Below, piece by piece: positions 45,627 through 55,843 of a DNA stretch of 64,000 nucleotides. The notes beneath the pieces were generated by a model, which did not search any database, was not told the origin of the DNA, and saw only the letters and a list, made by a program, of their open reading frames with translations. Numbering within the stretch: position 1 is the stretch's first letter; every line of letters begins with the position of its first letter. Both the position numbers and the translations under genes were made by a program. Origin of the DNA: an uncultured Pelagibacteraceae bacterium (GTDB taxonomy: Bacteria > Pseudomonadota > Alphaproteobacteria > Pelagibacterales > Pelagibacteraceae); NCBI GenBank assembly GCA_902583345.1, contig CACHVT010000004.1, positions 16,162 to 80,161 on the forward strand. The letters run 5' to 3'.

Positions 45627-46347
45627 TTTTTATAGATTTTACCTTTAAGTTTGATTTTTTTTCTATTTCTTTAATTGTTTTAATTGTATTCATAATAATA
45701 ACTTTTTTTTTAGGTCCATACGCATGAATTAAATTATTTTTAGAAAGACAAATTGCTACATGTCCTTTCCAAAATATGAGATTATTTTTTTTTATTTTGC
45801 TTAATTTAACGTTTCTTTTAAAATATTTAATTTGATCTTTGGTATCTCTTGGACAAAACCTATTGTTAAATTTATAGAATATTTGAACAAGAGCAGAACA
45901 ATCTATACCTTTGAAGCTGTTCCCACCCCATTTATACTTAATATTTTTAAACATTTTTATTTTTGAAAACAATAAATCTTTTTTTTTTATAGGATAAACA
46001 TCTTTTTTACTAATCCAATATTTATCAAAATTAAGAAAATTTTTTTTTTTATTTTTAACTTCTATTAATGAGCAAAAACTTATTTTTTTACTGAGTATAA
46101 ATTTTTTATTAGGTTTAGAATATAAATTAGCAGACAATTTTGAAATTTTATGGGTTATTTTTAAATCTTTTATAAACTTTTTAGTTTTAATGTAACCAAT
46201 ATAATTATCATATTCTGTCTTTATTTTTGTAAATTTTCCATATTTTTTAATAATCTTAAATTTATCTCCATAAAGAAGCTGGGTTGACAAAGGCGATGCT
46301 AAAGATTTTCTTTTATAAACATTTAAAATTATATTTGTATTTATCAT
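45613..46347 (-). CDS. NlpC/P60 (C40) peptidase with SH3-like N-terminus (start revised to ATG 46347)
   Basis: TQLLYG, YKWGG...GIDCS, FWKGHV and LIHA; no signal peptide. Confidence 0.88.
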   Translation of the reverse strand: MINTNIILNVYKRKSLASPLSTQLLYGDKFKIIKKYGKFTKIKTEYDNYIGYIKTKKFIKDLKITHKISKLSANLYSKPNKKFILSKKISFCSLIEVKNKKKNFLNFDKYWISKKDVYPIKKKDLLFSKIKMFKNIKYKWGGNSFKGIDCSALVQIFYKFNNRFCPRDTKDQIKYFKRNVKLSKIKKNNLIFWKGHVAICLSKNNLIHAYGPKKKVIIMNTIKTIKEIEKKSNLKVKSIKNESN

Positions 46348-46349
46348 TT

Positions 46350-47822
46350 TCAATTTTTTATTGGTGCTACTTTTGCTAGCCAAATAATTAATAGTAAAAC
46401 AGGCAAACCAAGTAAAGCAGTTACACAAAAGAAATTTGCATAACCAATAACATCTACCCAGCTACCAGAATAACCTGCTATAAATTTAGGTATAAATAGC
46501 ATTAAAGAGCTAAAAAGTGCATATTGGGTTGCAGTGAATTTGATAGAGGTCAAGCCCGATAAGTAAACCACAAAAGCAGCACCGGCAAATCCACTAGATA
46601 TATTATCAGCAGTAATTACCGCAATCAAAAAAGAAATATTAGCTTCTGATACAGCAAGCCATGCAAATAATAAATTGCTTGAAGCTGCAATCAATGCTCC
46701 TAAAAAAAGTGCTTTCATTGTCCCAAACCTTAATGCAAAAAACCCACCCACTAAACCACCAAGTATTGTTGCAAATACCCCAAAAAATTTAGAATACGTT
46801 GCAATTTCTTTTACATTAAAACCTTTTTCAAGGTAAAATATGTTTGCTACAACGCCCATAACAACATCTGCAATACGGTATAAACCTATTAAAATTAATA
46901 TTGAAATAGCAAATTTACCATATCTTTGAATAAAATTAATTATTGGATTTAAATATATTTTCTCAAAATTATCTTTTGACAAAAATTTTATCTTTATAAA
47001 AAATAGTATTATAAAAGTTAGTAATAAAAAGCATAAACAAATTCTGACAGCTGCAAATAAAAATTTTTTAAAAATGTCTTCAGAACTGAAGGGGTTTTCT
47101 AAAAAAGAATAAAAAAATATAAAGCTTATTATTGAAAATAATATAACTAGTAAAAATCTTGTATGTTGTTTACTTTTAGATGTATTGTTTCTTTTCACTT
47201 TTGGTTCACTTGATAACAATGTTGTTAAAATTCCAACGAACATCAATGCTCCCATAGAAATATAAACTATCATCCAGACAGATTGTTTATAAGTTTCAAC
47301 ACCAAGATAAGACGCAATCCATAAACTTCCTGCACCACCAACCAACATTGCTAATCTATAACCAGCGATATACATCGAAGACAAAGGACCTTGATAACTT
47401 TGTGGTGCACTTTCTATTCTATACGCGTCGATTACTATGTCCTGTGTTGCACTGAAAATTGCTAAAAAAGTAATAGTGACAGCGGTTAAATAAATATTTT
47501 TTGCTGGGTCTGTTAATGCAGTTGCTAACAAACTTAGGAATATCATTATTTGTGAAAAAAGGAGCCAACTTCTACGGTGTCCAAATTTTTGAAAATATGA
47601 AATTTTAAAATTATCAACAATTGGTGACCATAAATATTTAAAGGCATAAGCAAATCCCGCCCAACTAAATAATGTTACTGTACTCCTATCAATACCTGCT
47701 TTATGCAGCCAAACAGATAATGTTGAAAATACTAAAAGAATGGGAAGACCCGATGAAAATCCAAGAAATAAAAGTTTAAAAACTTTTTTTTCAAGAAATA
47801 CAGATAATTGTTTATTTTTCAA
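46350..47822 (-). CDS. ampG: AmpG-family muropeptide MFS permease
   Basis: LGFSSGLP, KYLWSP.VD, RRSW, SATQDIVIDAYRIE and TATQYAL.SS. Confidence 0.94.
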   Translation of the reverse strand: MKNKQLSVFLEKKVFKLLFLGFSSGLPILLVFSTLSVWLHKAGIDRSTVTLFSWAGFAYAFKYLWSPIVDNFKISYFQKFGHRRSWLLFSQIMIFLSLLATALTDPAKNIYLTAVTITFLAIFSATQDIVIDAYRIESAPQSYQGPLSSMYIAGYRLAMLVGGAGSLWIASYLGVETYKQSVWMIVYISMGALMFVGILTTLLSSEPKVKRNNTSKSKQHTRFLLVILFSIISFIFFYSFLENPFSSEDIFKKFLFAAVRICLCFLLLTFIILFFIKIKFLSKDNFEKIYLNPIINFIQRYGKFAISILILIGLYRIADVVMGVVANIFYLEKGFNVKEIATYSKFFGVFATILGGLVGGFFALRFGTMKALFLGALIAASSNLLFAWLAVSEANISFLIAVITADNISSGFAGAAFVVYLSGLTSIKFTATQYALFSSLMLFIPKFIAGYSGSWVDVIGYANFFCVTALLGLPVLLLIIWLAKVAPIKN

Positions 47823-47823
47823 T

Positions 47824-49269
47824 TTAAGTTCTCCAAAAAGAAGGTAGGAATAAAACTAGTATTGCAAACAATTCTAATCTACCCAAAATCATCGCTATAC
47901 TTAATATCCATTTTGAAACGTCTGGCAATAACGAAAAATTTCCATTAGGACCAATAATATTACCCAAGCCAGGTCCTACATTTGAAATAGAAGTTGCAGC
48001 AGCAGAAATCGAGGTAATAAAATCTAAACCACTTATAGATAAAAAGGCAGTAATAATAAAAAAAATCGTTATATATAAATAAATAAACGATATTATAGAT
48101 GACATAAATTTATCATCTAAATTATTATTATCGTATTTAATTACAAAAACTCCCCTAGGGTAAATTATTTTTTTTAATTGATTTTTTAAAAAAATATATA
48201 AAATTTGAATTCTAAATATTTTTATTCCACATGCTGTTGATCCAGCACAACCACCTATGAACATTAATATAAGAAAAAAAATGAGAGGAAAACTTCCCCA
48301 ACTATCGAACTGGTGAGTTACATAACCTGTGCCTGTTAAAATAGAAACTACATTGAAAGAAATTTGCCTAAAGATCTTAAATGAAATTGTTTCATATGCA
48401 AAAATTAGATAAATTGAAATTATAAGTATTGAAACTAAAATTATTTTTAAAAAAGTTCTTATTTGTGTGTCTTGGATGAAAATTTTTTTATTACCGCTTA
48501 AGAGTTTAATATAAGATATGAAAGGTATGCTACCCAATATAATAAATATTATTGCAGTTATTTCAATGCGAGCATTATTAAAATATCCTATTGACTCATT
48601 ATAGTTTGAAAAACCACCTGTAGCAATTGTAGTCATTGAATGTGTTAGACTATCAAAAAAATTCATTCCAAAAAATTTGTAAAAGGATGCGCATAAAAAA
48701 GTTAAAATTAAATAAATTATAATTAGTCTTAATGATATTTCTTTTGATTTAGGTAATATTTTTTCAGATCCATCGTTGCTCGAAATTTTAAATAGCTGCA
48801 TACCACCTACATTCATTATGGGCATTAAAGTTATTGCCATTACAATGATACCAATGCCACCTAGCCATTGTAAAATTGCTCTCCATATAAGTATACCTTT
48901 AGGACTTTCATTTAAATTTGTTATAATTGTAGAGCCAGTCGTTGTAATTCCTGACATGCTCTCAAAAAAAGCATCAGTGATACTAAGTTCTAATGAAGAA
49001 AAAATAAATGGTAGAGAACCAAAAATTGCTATACTAAGCCAAGATAAAGCAGTTAACAAAAAAGCTTGTTGCAAGTTTAATTTTTTTTGATGATCCATAT
49101 TTGATAAAAAGAATAAAATACCAAATACCACAGTAATTATACCCGCTCCAATAAAAGAAGAGTCCAATTCATTAAATACTATCTGAAAAATAATTGGAAT
49201 TATCATAGAAATTCCAAGAATAATTTGAAGCACTCCTAATGTGAAAAAAACAGTTTTATAATTAGGCAT
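47824..49269 (-). CDS. trkH: Trk potassium uptake membrane protein
   Basis: FESMSGITTTG, QWLGGIG, GGCAGST and NVGPG...GRLE. Confidence 0.96.
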   Translation of the reverse strand: MPNYKTVFFTLGVLQIILGISMIIPIIFQIVFNELDSSFIGAGIITVVFGILFFLSNMDHQKKLNLQQAFLLTALSWLSIAIFGSLPFIFSSLELSITDAFFESMSGITTTGSTIITNLNESPKGILIWRAILQWLGGIGIIVMAITLMPIMNVGGMQLFKISSNDGSEKILPKSKEISLRLIIIYLILTFLCASFYKFFGMNFFDSLTHSMTTIATGGFSNYNESIGYFNNARIEITAIIFIILGSIPFISYIKLLSGNKKIFIQDTQIRTFLKIILVSILIISIYLIFAYETISFKIFRQISFNVVSILTGTGYVTHQFDSWGSFPLIFFLILMFIGGCAGSTACGIKIFRIQILYIFLKNQLKKIIYPRGVFVIKYDNNNLDDKFMSSIISFIYLYITIFFIITAFLSISGLDFITSISAAATSISNVGPGLGNIIGPNGNFSLLPDVSKWILSIAMILGRLELFAILVLFLPSFWRT

Positions 49270-49358
49270 TTTTAAAGAACATTATTTTATGGTAAATAAA
49301 TTTCAACTCTATAAGAATAAATAAATACGCCAAAAAATAAGATATATTGTAGAAAATT

Positions 49359-50921
49359 GTGATTGAGAAAAATAATTTAGATAAGACAAATGCTTGGCCT
49401 TTTGTTGAGGCAAAAAAAATTTTACGTGAAAGAAAAAAAACTATAGAAAAAAAAAACAAAATTATTTTGCAGACTGGATATGGTCCAAGCGGACTTCCAC
49501 ACATTGGAACTTTTGGAGAGATTGTAAGAACAAGTATGGTTGTTAATGCTCTAAATTATCTTACGGATATTCCAAAAGAAATAATTACCTTTTCAGATGA
49601 TATGGACGGACTAAGAAAAGTACCAGACAATGTACCAGATAAAAATTTATTGAACCAAAATTTACATAAACCTTTAACATCAATTCCAGACCCTTTTAAA
49701 AAGTATAAGAGTTTTGGAGATCATAACAATGAGATGTTGAAAAAATTTTTAGATAGATTTAAATTTAAATATAATTTTAAAAGTTCTACTAACTTATATA
49801 CGTCAGGTTTTTTTAACTCGAGCCTTCAGAAAATTTTAGAAAATTATCAAGAAATAATGAATATTATTTTACCGACTTTGGGTAAAGAGCGCCAAAAAAC
49901 TTACAGCCCATTTTTACCAATATGCCCAGAAAGTGGAATTGTTTTAGAGATACCTGTTTTAGAAATTTTTAAGGAAAAATCTAAAATCTTATTTGATAAT
50001 AATGGTAAAAAACTTGAGGTGAGTATTTTAGATGGCAAGTGTAAGCTCCAATGGAAAGTAGATTGGGCAATGAGATGGTATGCACTTGATGTAGATTTTG
50101 AAATGTATGGAAAAGATCTTATTGAAAGTGCAATTTTATCCTCAAAAATAATAAAATTACTTGGAAAAAATAATCCATCAGGTTTTGCCTATGAATTGTT
50201 TCTTGATGAAAAAGGGGAAAAGATATCTAAATCAAAAGGAAATGGAATTACAATTGAGCAGTGGTTGGAATATGCATCTCCTGAGAGTCTATCTTTGTTT
50301 ATGTACCAAAATCCAAAAAGAGCAAAAAAATTATATAAAGAAATTGTACCTAAAGCAGTTGATGAATATTTAGATTTTATCCAAAAAAGCAAATCTCAAA
50401 ATGAATTACAAATTTTATTAAATCCAGCCTGGCATGTTCATAGTGGCAAAATTCCTAAAGAAGATTTGATCATGACTTTTTCGATGCTTTTAAATTTAGT
50501 TGAAGCAAGCAATGCTGATTCAAAAGAACTTCTATGGAAATTTGTTAAAAAAAATAAAAAAAATATTATAGAAAACAAGTTTCCCGTGTTTGATAATTTA
50601 ATCGATTATGCAATTAAGTATTTTAATGAAGTTATTAAATTAAAAAAAAAATATAAGAAACCTAAAGAAAATGAAAAAAAATCTTTACAAGCCTTAATTT
50701 CAACACTTGATAAATGTAATGATGATATGTCTCCAGAAGATATCCAAACTTTAATTTATTCTACAGGCAAAGAAAATGGATATGAGGAAAAGTTAAGAGA
50801 ATGGTTCAAGCTTATTTATGAAGTGGTTTTTGGAGATGAGAATGGACCAAGGTTAGGATTTTTTATAAAATTCTTTGGTGTAAAGGAAACAAAGCAGCTT
50901 ATTAAAGATAAGTTAAAATAA
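49359..50921 (+). CDS. lysS: Lysine-tRNA ligase, class I
   Basis: GPSGLPHIGTF, KLQWKVDW, KISKSKGN and GPRLG. Confidence 0.97.
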   Translation: MIEKNNLDKTNAWPFVEAKKILRERKKTIEKKNKIILQTGYGPSGLPHIGTFGEIVRTSMVVNALNYLTDIPKEIITFSDDMDGLRKVPDNVPDKNLLNQNLHKPLTSIPDPFKKYKSFGDHNNEMLKKFLDRFKFKYNFKSSTNLYTSGFFNSSLQKILENYQEIMNIILPTLGKERQKTYSPFLPICPESGIVLEIPVLEIFKEKSKILFDNNGKKLEVSILDGKCKLQWKVDWAMRWYALDVDFEMYGKDLIESAILSSKIIKLLGKNNPSGFAYELFLDEKGEKISKSKGNGITIEQWLEYASPESLSLFMYQNPKRAKKLYKEIVPKAVDEYLDFIQKSKSQNELQILLNPAWHVHSGKIPKEDLIMTFSMLLNLVEASNADSKELLWKFVKKNKKNIIENKFPVFDNLIDYAIKYFNEVIKLKKKYKKPKENEKKSLQALISTLDKCNDDMSPEDIQTLIYSTGKENGYEEKLREWFKLIYEVVFGDENGPRLGFFIKFFGVKETKQLIKDKLK

Positions 50922-51973
50922 TGTACTCTAAAATTAGAAATTTAATTTTTAAAATAGACCCTGAAACAGCTCATGATTTTGCTATCAAATCTCTTAAATT
51001 AAATATTGCACCAAGCATCTTTGCTGAAGACAAAAAAAATCCGATGTTTGAAACTGAATTATTCGGAAAAAAAATAAATAATCCAATTGGTTTAGCAGCA
51101 GGTTTTGATAAAAATGCAGAAATATACAATTCTATGTTTAGTTTAGGTTTTGGTTTTGTTGAAGTTGGGACTGTAACACCTTTAAAACAATACGGAAATC
51201 CGAAACCAAGGGTTTTCAGATTAGTTGAAGATCAAGCATTAATAAATAGGTTAGGATTCAATAATTTAGGAGCAGAGAACATTAGTTCTAGAATTCGTTT
51301 AAATAAACCAAAAGGTTTACTAGGAATAAATCTAGGACCTAACAAAAATAGCAAAGATAGACTGAATGATTATGTTATAGGATTAAAAACTTTTTACGAT
51401 ATAGCAGACTATTTAACAATTAATATCTCTTCACCAAATACTGAAAAACTTAGAGACTTTCATGATGAAGATAAGTTAGATAAATTAATGACAACACTAA
51501 TAAATCAAAAAGAAAAATTAAATTCAAAAATACCTATTGTAGTAAAAATTTCTCCCGACATAGAAGACGCTCAAATAGAAAATATTTCCAAAATGTTAAT
51601 TGAATTTAAGATAAATGCGATAATAATATCTAACTCAACTGACCGTCACAGAGATAAATTGTTTAGCAATTCTAGACATCAAAAAGGAGGTTTGTCCGGA
51701 AAACCCTTAGAGAATAAGTCAAATTCACTTATTAATAAATTCTATAATGTTCTAAATGGTAAAATTGATATAATTGGAGTTGGAGGTATTGACTCAGGAA
51801 AAAGTGCATATGAAAAATTCTTAGCAGGCTCTAATTATCTGCAACTCTATACTGGAATGGTTTATCAGGGCCCAAGTATTATTTCAAAAATAAAGAGAGA
51901 GCTTAAACAAATATTAATTGAAAAGAAGGTTAAAAATTTCAGACAAATAATTGGTAAAAACAAAGTTGATTAA
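50921..51973 (+). CDS. pyrD: Quinone-dependent dihydroorotate dehydrogenase
   Basis: AAGFDK, NRLGFNN, NISSPNT and GGLSG. Confidence 0.97.
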   Translation: MYSKIRNLIFKIDPETAHDFAIKSLKLNIAPSIFAEDKKNPMFETELFGKKINNPIGLAAGFDKNAEIYNSMFSLGFGFVEVGTVTPLKQYGNPKPRVFRLVEDQALINRLGFNNLGAENISSRIRLNKPKGLLGINLGPNKNSKDRLNDYVIGLKTFYDIADYLTINISSPNTEKLRDFHDEDKLDKLMTTLINQKEKLNSKIPIVVKISPDIEDAQIENISKMLIEFKINAIIISNSTDRHRDKLFSNSRHQKGGLSGKPLENKSNSLINKFYNVLNGKIDIIGVGGIDSGKSAYEKFLAGSNYLQLYTGMVYQGPSIISKIKRELKQILIEKKVKNFRQIIGKNKVD

Positions 51974-51978
51974 ATAAA

Positions 51979-52007
51979 CTTGACGTTATTATAATCCCAG
52001 CCTATAT
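51979..52007 (+). promoter_or_regulatory. sigma70 promoter for rpmB-yhhQ
   Basis: CTTGAC-N17-CTATAT, an exact match to the alphaproteobacterial RpoD-type consensus. Confidence 0.65.
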
Positions 52008-52024
52008 AGTCTTTTATTATTATT

Positions 52025-52306
52025 ATGACGAAAAAATGTGAATTAACAGGCAAAAACCCCTTAAAGGGTCATAAGGTCAGTCATGCAAATAACAAAACAA
52101 AAAGAAGATTCCTTCCAAATTTGAAAAAAGTAAGTTTTAAAAGTGAAATTTTAAAAAGAAGCTTAAAACTAAGAGTTTCTAACGCGGGAGTAAGATCTGT
52201 AGATAAAAAAGGTACATTTGACCTTTTTCTTAAAAGTGCAAAGAACAAAAATCTTTCGCCAAGATTGAAAAAAATTAAAAGAAGTCTCATCGCGAAATCT
52301 GCATAA
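52025..52306 (+). CDS. rpmB: 50S ribosomal protein L28
   Basis: CELTGK...[16 protein letters not shown]. Confidence 0.97.
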   Translation: MTKKCELTGKNPLKGHKVSHANNKTKRRFLPNLKKVSFKSEILKRSLKLRVSNAGVRSVDKKGTFDLFLKSAKNKNLSPRLKKIKRSLIAKSA

Positions 52307-52854
52307 TGAATAAGCCTTTTATTTTACTCTCATTTTTTATGGGAGTTGTAGTTTTAGCATCAAACTATTTAGTTCAATTCCCAATAAAATATTATAATTT
52401 ACAAGATATTTTAACTTATGGAGCATTTAGTTATCCTATCGCTTTTTTAATAACAGATTTAGCAAATAGGTCTTATGGAAAATTGATAGCAAGAAAAATT
52501 GTTTACTTTGGATTTTTTATAGGAATTATATTTACACTAATATTTTCAACAAATTTTGCTGACTTAATTTCTATTAGAATTGCAGCTGGTTCTGGAATAG
52601 CATTTATTATTGCTCAATTGTTAGATGTACAAATATTTGATAAGTATAGAAAAAGAAAATGGTTTATTGCACCATTAACATCATCTTTAATTGGATCAAC
52701 AGTAGATACTTTTTTATTTTTTTCTATCGCTTTTTACGCAACTGGAATACCATGGTTAACTCTTTCCTTAGGCGATTTAACTGTAAAAATTTTTGTTGCT
52801 CTAATTATGTTAATTCCTTTTAGACTCCTTTTGAGTACACTTAAGCCTATTTAG
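52306..52854 (+). CDS. yhhQ: Queuosine precursor transporter (VUT/YhhQ family)
   Basis: SNYLVQ, T.GAF.YP..FL.TD, RIA.GS, AQLLD and S.VDT.LFF.IAF. Confidence 0.85.
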   Translation: MNKPFILLSFFMGVVVLASNYLVQFPIKYYNLQDILTYGAFSYPIAFLITDLANRSYGKLIARKIVYFGFFIGIIFTLIFSTNFADLISIRIAAGSGIAFIIAQLLDVQIFDKYRKRKWFIAPLTSSLIGSTVDTFLFFSIAFYATGIPWLTLSLGDLTVKIFVALIMLIPFRLLLSTLKPI

Positions 52855-53922
52855 CTAACTAGGCTCTTGCTGAGTCATGCAGTGTATTGCTCCAAAACCC
52901 CAAATTAATTTTTCACAATTAATTGTTACTATTTTTCTTTTTTTAAAATTTCTTTTAAAAATTGAAATTACTCTTGAATCATTCTTATCATTAAATATTG
53001 GAAGTAAGACTATTTTATTTGCAATGAAAAAATTCATATAAGATGCAGGTACTATTATTTTTTTTATATAAATTGGTTTTGGCATTGGAACTTTAATAAT
53101 ATTAAATTTTTTACCAATTTCATTTTTCGAATTTTTAAGGATTTTTAAATTATCATTTAAAATTTTATAATTTGGACTTTTTTTATTAACCTCTACAGCT
53201 GTCAAAATAGTATTTTTCGATATAAATCTTGATATATCATCTATATGTCCATGAGTATCGTCTCCTATTATACCTTTGTTTAGCCAAATAAAATTGCTTA
53301 CATTTAAATATTTGTATAATAAATCTTCATATTGTTTTTTTTTAATGCCAGGATTCCTTTCTTGAACTTTACTAAGTAAACATTCTTTTGTTAATAAAAT
53401 TGAGCCTTTTCCATTTACATCAATAGAACCACCCTCTAAAACTATTCTCTTAATTTTATTTTTAATTTTAATTTTTGGATCAATTTTTTTTATTTTTGTG
53501 AAATTTGAGATAAAAGTATTTATTTTATCATCTTTTTTATAATTTTTATATTTGGCCCATCCATTAAACTTAAAATTTAAAAAAATTTTTTTTTTATTTT
53601 TTGTATTTCTTAAGAAAATAGGTCCAGAATCCCTTATCCAAATTCTATCACTAGCTATTACGTGAAATTTTACATTATTTTTTTTATAATTACCTTGTTT
53701 CAATTCTTTCCTTATTAATTTTATATCTTTTTTAGTTTTAATAATAAGGTTTACTGTCTGTGTTTTAGAAACAATTGATACAATTTCTGAAACTGTTTTA
53801 GGTATAAATTTGAATAATCCAGGCCAATCATTTTTATTATATGGCCAAATAATCCATACAGACCTTTGCTTTTCCCACTCTGCAGGCATTCTAAAACCTT
53901 GTTCAGATAAAGATTTATTCAT
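52855..53922 (-). CDS. aguA: Agmatine deiminase
   Basis: RMPAEW, W.RD.GP, LEGG, DDTHGHID and GAIHCMTQQ. Confidence 0.93.
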   Translation of the reverse strand: MNKSLSEQGFRMPAEWEKQRSVWIIWPYNKNDWPGLFKFIPKTVSEIVSIVSKTQTVNLIIKTKKDIKLIRKELKQGNYKKNNVKFHVIASDRIWIRDSGPIFLRNTKNKKKIFLNFKFNGWAKYKNYKKDDKINTFISNFTKIKKIDPKIKIKNKIKRIVLEGGSIDVNGKGSILLTKECLLSKVQERNPGIKKKQYEDLLYKYLNVSNFIWLNKGIIGDDTHGHIDDISRFISKNTILTAVEVNKKSPNYKILNDNLKILKNSKNEIGKKFNIIKVPMPKPIYIKKIIVPASYMNFFIANKIVLLPIFNDKNDSRVISIFKRNFKKRKIVTINCEKLIWGFGAIHCMTQQEPS

Positions 53923-54796
53923 CTTTAGGATTTTTAATAATACCCTTATATGCGTCTATTCTTCTATCTCTTAAAAAGGGCCAATGTTGTCTAGTTTTTT
54001 CTACTGAATTTAAATTAACTTCACAAATTAAAATACCCTCTTTTTTATAACCAAGTTTTGAAATGATATTTCCGCTGGGATCTATAACGAATGAATTTCC
54101 CCAAAATTGTATTTTTCTATTTCCTTTTTTTTCAATGCCAACTCTATTAACTGCAGCTACAAATACACCGTTTGATATTGCATGAGCTTTTTGAATCGTG
54201 ATCCATGAGTCTAATTGCGCTTTGCCAAATTTCTTTTTTTCTTTTGGGTGCCACCCTATAGCAGTAGGATAGAACAAAATTTCTGCACCTTTTAAAACTG
54301 TTAACCTTGCTGCTTCAGGAAACCATTGATCCCAACATATTAGTGATCCAATATTACCGTATTTTGTTTTGGAACTTTTAAAACCTAAGTCTCCTGGAGT
54401 AAAATAAAACTTTTCATAATAACCTGGATCATCAGGTATATGCATTTTTCTATATTTGGAAATTATTTTACCTTTTTCATTTATTAAAATACTTGTATTA
54501 TGGTAGAAACCTGGTGTCTTTTTTTCAAACAATGAAATCATTATAATAACCGAAAGTTCTCTCGCAAGATCACAAAATATTTTACTAGTAGAACCTGGAA
54601 TTTTTTCCGCTAGCTTAAAATTTGAATGATTTTCAGACTGGCAAAAATAATTTGTTAAAAAAAGTTCCGGCAAACAAATAATATTTGCTTTTTTTTTTGC
54701 GGCTAATTTAATTTTTTTAATTGAGTTTTCAATATTTTTGTTAATATTGTTCGATATTTTTAATTGAACTAAACCAATTTTGGTTTTTTTACTCAT
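53915..54796 (-). CDS. aguB: N-carbamoylputrescine amidase (nitrilase family)
   Basis: LPELF...YFC, YRKMHIPD, EKFYF and ICWDQWFPE. Confidence 0.9.
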   Translation of the reverse strand: MSKKTKIGLVQLKISNNINKNIENSIKKIKLAAKKKANIICLPELFLTNYFCQSENHSNFKLAEKIPGSTSKIFCDLARELSVIIMISLFEKKTPGFYHNTSILINEKGKIISKYRKMHIPDDPGYYEKFYFTPGDLGFKSSKTKYGNIGSLICWDQWFPEAARLTVLKGAEILFYPTAIGWHPKEKKKFGKAQLDSWITIQKAHAISNGVFVAAVNRVGIEKKGNRKIQFWGNSFVIDPSGNIISKLGYKKEGILICEVNLNSVEKTRQHWPFLRDRRIDAYKGIIKNPKDE

Positions 54797-54799
54797 ACT

Positions 54800-55843
54800 T
54801 TATATAAATATTTTTGAAAAATTTTTTCTTATTCTATTTTTCCAATAACCTTTGTGATATGCATCACTTGCAATTAGTGGTAAAACACTTGTAGCTTCAG
54901 CAAAAATCATTTGTTCTTTTAATACATCAACTTTTCCCCAAGAACTTGCTTCTTTTAATGTAGAACTGCTACAGGCACCATCTCTAGAGTCCGCTACAGT
55001 AATTTGAATTGCATATTTGTGCATATCCACCTCTTTACCTAAAAGTTCAGCACATATCACTGTGTCTTGAATAAAATTTTTAGGCACTCCACCACCAATC
55101 ATAAATAAACCAGAGCCTTTAGATTTTATTTTTATTTCAGTTAATTCTCTGAACTCTCTAATTGCGTCAATGGTTAAATGTTTTTTAGGATTTTTTTCTT
55201 GGTGCATAACTAGGCCAAAACCCGCACTCGAGTCTGTAAATGCAGGGCAAAATATAGGAACATTATTATCATATGCTATTTCAATCAAAGATTCCTTTTT
55301 TTTAGAGTTTTTTTTTAAAAACTTACCCATTTCTCTAATGAATTCTCTCGAAGTATAACTTTTTGGATCTAAACTATCTGCAATTTCACATATTTTTTTG
55401 TCACACATCTGCAGGTCATCCTCATCTATATAAGTGTCATAAATTCTATCTATGTAATTTTTTCTTAATTCTGTGTCATCTTGGAACTGAGAGCCTTGGT
55501 AATGTTTAAATCCCAGGGCTTCAAAAAAATCCATATCAACAATAGATGCCCCAGTAGCAACTATAGCATCAACCATGTTGTATTTGACTAAATCCTTATA
55601 AATATTCATACAGCCCGCAGCAGATGTAGATCCGGCGAGTGATAAAAAAATAGTGCAATTTTTATCTTTTAACATTTCATTATAAATATTTGAAGCATTT
55701 GCTACTTCTCTTGAAACAAATGACATTTTTGCCATTGAGGAAATAATTTTTCTTGAATCAAATGATGTTATATCTATATGTTCAACAGGTTTTTTTAGAA
55801 AATCTTTTTTACTGTTATGACCGATATTTTTTTTTTTAGACAT
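54800..55843 (-). CDS. Deoxyhypusine-synthase-like protein (homospermidine pathway)
   Basis: DRIYD, PAFTDS, GGGVPKNF, DGACSS and EASSWGK (catalytic Lys retained). Confidence 0.9.
   Translation of the reverse strand: MSKKKNIGHNSKKDFLKKPVEHIDITSFDSRKIISSMAKMSFVSREVANASNIYNEMLKDKNCTIFLSLAGSTSAAGCMNIYKDLVKYNMVDAIVATGASIVDMDFFEALGFKHYQGSQFQDDTELRKNYIDRIYDTYIDEDDLQMCDKKICEIADSLDPKSYTSREFIREMGKFLKKNSKKKESLIEIAYDNNVPIFCPAFTDSSAGFGLVMHQEKNPKKHLTIDAIREFRELTEIKIKSKGSGLFMIGGGVPKNFIQDTVICAELLGKEVDMHKYAIQITVADSRDGACSSSTLKEASSWGKVDVLKEQMIFAEATSVLPLIASDAYHKGYWKNRIRKNFSKIFI

Noticed and set aside
46348-46428. N-terminal extension of the NlpC/P60 ORF (MCNCFTW...)
   Set aside because: It overlaps the ampG 3' end; ATG 46347, just after the ampG stop, is the more plausible start.
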